In this document: piece by piece, positions 59,154-64,000 of the stretch
How the letters are laid out: each line of letters starts with the position of its first letter
Position numbering within the stretch: position 1 is the first letter of the stretch
Assembly (NCBI GenBank): GCA_041667185.1
Contig: JBAYFM010000008.1
Span: 1,714 to 65,713, forward strand
DNA: 64,000 bases
Reading direction: 5' to 3'
DNA from: Patescibacteria group bacterium
GTDB taxonomy: Bacteria > Patescibacteriota > Patescibacteriia > SG8-24
Made by a program: the position numbers and the translations under genes
The notes under the pieces: generated by a model
Databases searched by the model: none
Seen by the model: only the letters and a program-made list of their open reading frames with translations
Told to the model about the DNA's origin: nothing

Positions 59154-60593
59154 ATGTATATGAGTCATCATAAAAATCATGTTAGGGCGGTCGTTGCGGC
59201 GATCGTCTTTTTGGCGTCCGGTTTTTTCGGTTGGTCGGTATCTGCGGCTGAAGTTTCGACCCATGCTCGTCTTGAGACCAGTTCTTGGCGGTTCGCTAAC
59301 AGCACCGAACCGGTTCGTTCGACCGGTTATTTGGAGGGTCTGGACGGAGCGCCAGCTTCGGCTGTTTTGTATGACCTTGGACAGGACGGCGTCGCTGAAA
59401 TCTTGGTTGGCAGCGGCTTTGGCCAGGCGCCGGTGGTCAGTCTGTATCAAGCCGATGGCACGCTCATCTCCAGGTTCGCCGTCTATGATCCGGGCATGAA
59501 ACAAGGAGTCAATGTCGCCGCCGGCGACGTCGACGGCGACGGCCGCGCGGAGATCGTCACTGGCACTGGGCCGGGAGCCGCGGCTCATGTTTTGGTTTTC
59601 GATGGTTACGGAAAAATGAAAGCTCCGGCTGGCGGATTTTTTCCGTTCGGCCGTGAGTCGCGCGGCGGCGTCGCGGTTGCCGTCAGCGACGTTAACGGCG
59701 ATGGAGTTAACGAGATCATTGCCGCGTCCGGTCCGGGTGAAAGTCCGCGGGTCGCGGTTTGGAAGCGCCCGTTCTTTGCCGCCGCCGCGGAGTTCGCTCC
59801 TTTTGCCGAGACCATGGTCGCGGGCGTGAACGTCGCCGCCGGCGACGTTGATGGCGACGGCGTCGCTGAGATTCTGGCGGTTCCCGCGGGCAAGAGCGAT
59901 CCGGTCGCGCGGATCATCAAGGTTGGCGAGCCCGCGTCAGCGCCTGGAGGCTTCTCCGTCAGCGCCGACATGTCGAATGGTCTGACCGTGGCCGCGGCGG
60001 ATATTGATGACGACGGACGCGCGGAGATCATCGTTGCTCCGAACAGCAGTGGTTCGGCGCGGGTCGCGATCTTTGATCATGATGGCCGGTTGCAGAAAGA
60101 ATTATCGGCCAGCGATTCCGGTTCCATTGACGGCCTGATCATTGCTGCCGGACACATGGGTTCCGGCCAGACCGTACTGGCGATTTCGGCTGGCAGGACG
60201 GCATCCGGGCGGATATTCGAGTCGAAGTATATCGTCGTAAGCGTCGCTGAACAGCGTTTGCACGCCTACGAATATGGCCGTGAGGTCCGTTCTTTCCTGG
60301 TTTCGACCGGCACGAAAAAATACGCCACACCTACGGGCGATTTTTCCGTATTAGCCAAGATTCCCACAGTGCTTTATCGCTGGTCCTATGGTCCGAACGA
60401 CCCGAACAATTACGATCTCGGACGCGTGCCTTGGAATCTGCGCATCATGCCGCATATTTATATTCATTACGCGCCATGGCATAATAATTTCGGCCGTCGC
60501 ATGAGCCATGGCTGCGTCAACGTCAATAAGGCCAACGCCGAATGGATCTATGATTGGGCCGAGGTCGGCGTGCCGGTCAGCATCAATGAATAA
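59154..60593 (+). CDS. L,D-transpeptidase with FG-GAP repeats
   Basis: Repeated VAAGDVDGDG.AEI; VSTG..TPTG; YIH...SHGCVNV. Confidence 0.88.
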   Translation: MYMSHHKNHVRAVVAAIVFLASGFFGWSVSAAEVSTHARLETSSWRFANSTEPVRSTGYLEGLDGAPASAVLYDLGQDGVAEILVGSGFGQAPVVSLYQADGTLISRFAVYDPGMKQGVNVAAGDVDGDGRAEIVTGTGPGAAAHVLVFDGYGKMKAPAGGFFPFGRESRGGVAVAVSDVNGDGVNEIIAASGPGESPRVAVWKRPFFAAAAEFAPFAETMVAGVNVAAGDVDGDGVAEILAVPAGKSDPVARIIKVGEPASAPGGFSVSADMSNGLTVAAADIDDDGRAEIIVAPNSSGSARVAIFDHDGRLQKELSASDSGSIDGLIIAAGHMGSGQTVLAISAGRTASGRIFESKYIVVSVAEQRLHAYEYGREVRSFLVSTGTKKYATPTGDFSVLAKIPTVLYRWSYGPNDPNNYDLGRVPWNLRIMPHIYIHYAPWHNNFGRRMSHGCVNVNKANAEWIYDWAEVGVPVSINE

Positions 60594-60594
60594 T

Positions 60595-60948
60595 ATGCGC
60601 GAAGGAGAAGGACAACTGGATCCGGAGCAGAGAAATCCGGAGATTGGAAAAATTCCAGAACAAGATCGGGCTCGGGCAGGGGTCGGAAAGATTCCTGAGT
60701 TTTGGGGGAAAGACGGCGAGGCTCCGGCCGAGATCGGCCGCGAGTTGATCGCGACAAATGAAGCCGTGGCGGAAATCTTTTGGGGCCGAGCGGCGGATTT
60801 TGCCGAGTCCGCGGCGGCACAGGGACTGAGCCGGGAACTCGGACCGTTCTTGAAAAAGTTTTCTGAATTGAACGATCGGACGTTTGCTTCCGGACGCTTG
60901 CGCGCGGCGCGGATACGCGTGGCGGAAAAATTGCCGCCAGCGTCTTAA
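60595..60948 (+). CDS. Hypothetical protein
   Basis: ORF fills the gap between co-oriented genes. Confidence 0.45.
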   Translation: MREGEGQLDPEQRNPEIGKIPEQDRARAGVGKIPEFWGKDGEAPAEIGRELIATNEAVAEIFWGRAADFAESAAAQGLSRELGPFLKKFSELNDRTFASGRLRAARIRVAEKLPPAS

Positions 60949-60951
60949 AGT

Positions 60952-61377
60952 ATGTCCAGTCCGTTTGAGATCAAAAATTTCATCGAGTCCGTCGAACGAT
61001 CTTTTTTATCGGCTGCTGACAAACAGATGCTCGCGTCCGAAGCTCGGCACGGCGTTGACCAGGCACTGTGGAGCCGTTTCAATGATCTACTCGTTGCCTG
61101 GCTGGTGGAGAATCAGGCCAAACAGGATCGAACCAGTGTGCGGCTGGACGTGGAGATCGACCGTTACACCAGAGAATACGAACATGAGAAGACCAAAATC
61201 GACCAGGAATATCGGCCGGCGCTAGAGGATGCGATCCGGCGCGGAGAATCGGCTGACAGCGGCACCTGGGCCGAATATCGTGAGAAGATCAGGCTCCTCC
61301 AGACCCAGCTGATCGCTGAAGTAAAAGCGACTTCTGCGACCGTGCTGCGCGAAGTGGTGCTGGCGACCGTCGGGTAG
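60952..61377 (+). CDS. Hypothetical helical protein
   Basis: 141-aa ORF, coiled-coil-like. Confidence 0.6.
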   Translation: MSSPFEIKNFIESVERSFLSAADKQMLASEARHGVDQALWSRFNDLLVAWLVENQAKQDRTSVRLDVEIDRYTREYEHEKTKIDQEYRPALEDAIRRGESADSGTWAEYREKIRLLQTQLIAEVKATSATVLREVVLATVG

Positions 61378-61398
61378 GGGGAGTATAAACTGCGAGAA

Positions 61399-61435
61399 TC
61401 AAAAACACCCCAGGGCAAGCCTGGGGTATTTTTGA
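61399..61435. terminator. Bidirectional terminator
   Basis: tcaaaaacaccccagg gcaag cctggggtatttttga. Confidence 0.75.
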
Positions 61436-61610
61436 TGGTGGGCGGCAGAGGAGTCGAACCTCTGACCTTCACAATGTCAATGTGACGCTCTAACGCCCAG
61501 TCCGGTCGTCTTGCGACCGGACACAAGAAATGCGCGGCGGCGGCCGCCACATCTGGCGTCAAGCCCGCCCTGGTCCCCGCGTTCGCGCGGGGCGGGCTTA
61601 ACCAACTGAG
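61436..61610 (-). pseudogene. 5'-truncated tRNA-Val copy with the same element family inserted at the D-loop TA
   Basis: Minus strand: CTCAGTTGGT-TA-[61598-61493]-TAGAGCGTCACATTGAC...CCCACCA. Confidence 0.88.
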
Positions 61611-61646
61611 TAAAACAAAAAAGCCAGGTTTGACCTGACTTTCTTG

Positions 61647-61723
61647 TGGTGGGCGGCAGAGGAGTCGAACCTCTGACCTTCACAATGTCAATGTGACGCT
61701 CTAACCAACTGAGCTAGCCGCCC
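61647..61723 (-). tRNA. tRNA-Val(GAC)
   Basis: GGGCGGCTAGCTCAGTTGGTTAGAGC, anticodon loop TT-GAC-AT, CCA. Confidence 0.95.
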
Positions 61724-61789
61724 TCTAATGACTTTGGGGTGTTCCTATAATAAGACCTCGCGGAAAATAAATCAAGATTCTGGGCTTGG

Positions 61790-63028
61790 TCAGGCGACTG
61801 ATGGTCCGATTGCCTGGGCTTGTTGGGTCGCAGGCTGTCCCGCCGGAACCGTAATCGCATCAGCCGGCAGGCTCTTCCCCAGCGATTTATAGATCGATCC
61901 CAGGACGGCTTTTTCAGCGTCGATCAGGTTCGCGGCCGGGAAACACAACCGGGCCAGGCGGCGCGTGCCTTCGGGTTTGAGACTCGAAACCAGGCCGAGA
62001 GCATTCGAATATTTTTCTGAAGAGACCAGGGCGCAGATGCCGGCCGGGCGCGACTTGTCAGCCGGCGCGTCCTGTTCGTAGAGCACGCCGAAGATCTCGG
62101 CTTCGGGCGAGTTCATCATCAGTTCTTCGATGACGTCCGGCAGGAATTCCTCGCCTGCTCCGGCGTGGACGAAATCCGGACGCACGAGCAGGGTCCAGGC
62201 GAATCTGGCCGCGCCGTCGTATTTGAGACGAGCGAGCGCTCGACCCCAGAGCTTCAGTGTCGCGAGCGATCGTGTGCGGTAGAGGTTCTGGACGATCTCG
62301 TCGCGGCGCGCGCCGGCGGCGACGAGTTCCGCGGCGATCTCGAGCGTGCGCGGCGTGACGGTCGGCGTCTTGAAACTGCGCGTCTTCGAAATCATCCCGG
62401 CGAGGAGGCAGGTGGCGGTGTCCGGGTCGAGGAAATGTTCGCCGGCGCTCTTGAGGAGCGAGTAGATGACCTCCGAGGTCGAAGTCGCCGCAATATCCAC
62501 GGCGTTCAGGTTGCCGTAGTGTTCGTTGGCCGGATCGTGGTCAATGTTGACGGTCGGCCGATGGTAGAAGAAATCAGTATTCAGGTCGAACAGCGCGCCG
62601 AGCGAGTGATAGTCCGGCGTGTCGACCGCGATGATCAGGTCGTATTTGAAATCCGAGGTCGCGGTCGTGAGATCGGCCGCGGCGAACTGGCCGGCTTTCG
62701 GATTGATATAGATCCGCAGCTTGTCATCCTTGAGATCGTAAGACAGTTCTTCGATCTTGGTCTTGGAGACGTCCAGGTTGATGATGAATTTCTGCAGGCG
62801 TTCGAAAGACGGTTTGACCTCGTTTGCGCCGGGCAAAAATTTGGCCGACTTCGCCGGCGTGAAATCGTCGGCGACGATCTCGGCGCGTTTGCCTTTGCTC
62901 GCGAGATAACGCTGGATGGCCAACGCCGAAGCCAGCGCATCAACGCTCCAATCACGGCGGAAGGTGATGAGAGCGTGCTCGGCGCGCTTCAGGGTCTCGA
63001 CGAATTGTTTTTCCATTGCCAGGGCCAT
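61790..63028 (-). CDS. DHH-family phosphoesterase (NrnA-like), degenerate motifs
   Basis: IIAVDT, NIDHDPANEHYG, ATSTSE, ATCLLAGMISKTRSF; start 63028 or 63016. Confidence 0.8.
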   Translation of the reverse strand: MALAMEKQFVETLKRAEHALITFRRDWSVDALASALAIQRYLASKGKRAEIVADDFTPAKSAKFLPGANEVKPSFERLQKFIINLDVSKTKIEELSYDLKDDKLRIYINPKAGQFAAADLTTATSDFKYDLIIAVDTPDYHSLGALFDLNTDFFYHRPTVNIDHDPANEHYGNLNAVDIAATSTSEVIYSLLKSAGEHFLDPDTATCLLAGMISKTRSFKTPTVTPRTLEIAAELVAAGARRDEIVQNLYRTRSLATLKLWGRALARLKYDGAARFAWTLLVRPDFVHAGAGEEFLPDVIEELMMNSPEAEIFGVLYEQDAPADKSRPAGICALVSSEKYSNALGLVSSLKPEGTRRLARLCFPAANLIDAEKAVLGSIYKSLGKSLPADAITVPAGQPATQQAQAIGPSVA

Positions 63029-63109
63029 GTGCGGCTGTGCTTATTCAAGTAATGGCCTACCTTATCCGGGGCGCGAAATGGTGTCAAGCCACGTCGCTTG
63101 CGAGCGACG

Positions 63110-63172
63110 TGGTGGAGTGCTGGAGACCAACTAGCTCCCTGACTCCGTCTCTCCATGACTCCAGCACTTCAC
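63110..63172. repeat. Octamer-based inverted repeat
   Basis: ggagtgctggag...ctccctgactccgtctctccatgactccagcacttc. Confidence 0.7.
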
Positions 63173-63200
63173 AAAAAAACACCCCCAAGCGGGAGGGTGT

Positions 63201-63662
63201 TCAGCCGAAGAATAGGAGTGCTAGATGCGGGATCAGTTGCAACTGGATCCGTTCGATCAGGAATCCGAAGATGAACCACAACGGCACATAGAACGGATTG
63301 ATGTAACGGAAGATCCGCAGGCTGGATCTGAAGTATTCCCAGGGACATTGGCCGGTCAGGTTCTCGATGAACAGGCCCCAGCTGAGCTCCCAGGCATAGA
63401 TGACGATCACATAGATCGATCCGCGGATCGGCCAGGCCAGATCGAAAAATCCCGGCGTGAATTCGTTGATGATCCAGAAGCCCACGACTGTTGAGAGACC
63501 ATAGACCGGCAGGCCCCAGATCGAGGTCTTGCTGGGCAGATTCCAGTCGATTTTTTGTCGCCGGCAGGCGGCCAGGACCTGGAAGCCGATGCTTGTGAAA
63601 GCCGCTTCAATAGCCAGGGCGATCGTCGTGTAGACCAAGAGGCTCAGAAAGAAATACCTCAT
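63201..63662 (-). CDS. TMEM229/putative ABC-permease-like membrane protein
   Basis: TSIW..PVYG, YAWELSWG, CPWEY, PLWF. Confidence 0.75.
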   Translation of the reverse strand: MRYFFLSLLVYTTIALAIEAAFTSIGFQVLAACRRQKIDWNLPSKTSIWGLPVYGLSTVVGFWIINEFTPGFFDLAWPIRGSIYVIVIYAWELSWGLFIENLTGQCPWEYFRSSLRIFRYINPFYVPLWFIFGFLIERIQLQLIPHLALLFFG

Positions 63663-63749
63663 CGTCTTACCCCCTATTTTGAAGATGATGTTGGCCGGTG
63701 AAAAGAACCCCAGCTGAATTTAGCGCAGGGGCGGGGGAGAGTCAACTCG

Positions 63750-63908
63750 GGGAGTTTGGGAGAGACGGAGTCGGGGAGTGCTGGAGTTCTGAAGTGCGGG
63801 AGACAGAAGGTGCTGGATTCCCGCTTTCGCGGGAATGACAATTAAAGAGAGTGCGGGAGTTAAGTCCGCTTCTTCGCTCCTTCACTTCCCCGCTCCCATA
63901 CTCCTGCG
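63750..63908. repeat. Octamer-based inverted repeat with a nested REP-like palindrome (63813-63840)
   Basis: gggagagacggagtcggggagtgctggag...[ctggattcccgctttcgcgggaatgaca]...cccgctcccatactcc. Confidence 0.75.
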
Positions 63909-64000
63909 CCTGTGCCCGTTGATTTTCCGCTCAACAAGCCTTATCATGGCTGGGTCCAATAATCTGATGATCTATGGCTAAAAAAGCGGGAATCAAGGAT

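Noticed and set aside
61790-63028. Degenerate DHH motifs (DHD) as a novelty
   Set aside because: Divergent DHH paralogs are not unusual, and activity cannot be judged from sequence alone.
1-64000. Autonomous mobile element, prophage, integrase, RT or defence system
   Set aside because: No ORF with recognisable transposase, recombinase, RT, phage structural or defence motifs; any enzyme mobilising the small elements must be encoded elsewhere.
63974-64000. Start of a downstream CDS (MAKKAGIKD)
   Set aside because: Only 9 codons are visible; it cannot be identified.

Overview
About 60% GC bacterial chromosomal segment, genetic code 11 (TGA is used as stop). The gene inventory suggests a Patescibacteria/CPR genome; this is an inference from TrmB-like regulators, split transketolase, DUF4012, a Cys-rich pilin next to DsbA, an FG-GAP L,D-transpeptidase and many near-leaderless genes. 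It carries housekeeping genes (ileS, trpS, ruvA, uvrA, rnj, rnhB, glmS, rplS, secG, pentose-phosphate genes), glycosyltransferases, five tRNAs (Ala-TGC, Arg-CCG, Leu-CAG, Ile-TAT, Val-GAC) and an oversized RNase P RNA. The strongest non-standard signal is in the non-coding DNA. Four of the five tRNA genes are flanked by partial copies of themselves interrupted by ~85-107 bp multi-hairpin elements. One element family (8 copies) sits at the same D-loop position in the Ala, Arg and Val copies, and also occurs once free-standing. A similar 'duplicated gene start + hairpin' scar, with only synonymous differences, precedes the EndoQ-like gene. Also notable: two paralogous DGR-target-like genes with a shared structured leader, a GIHH-type IleRS with an inserted histidine-phosphatase domain, tRNA-Ile(UAU), and dispersed octamer-built inverted repeats. 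All protein calls are from motif recognition; no database search was run.
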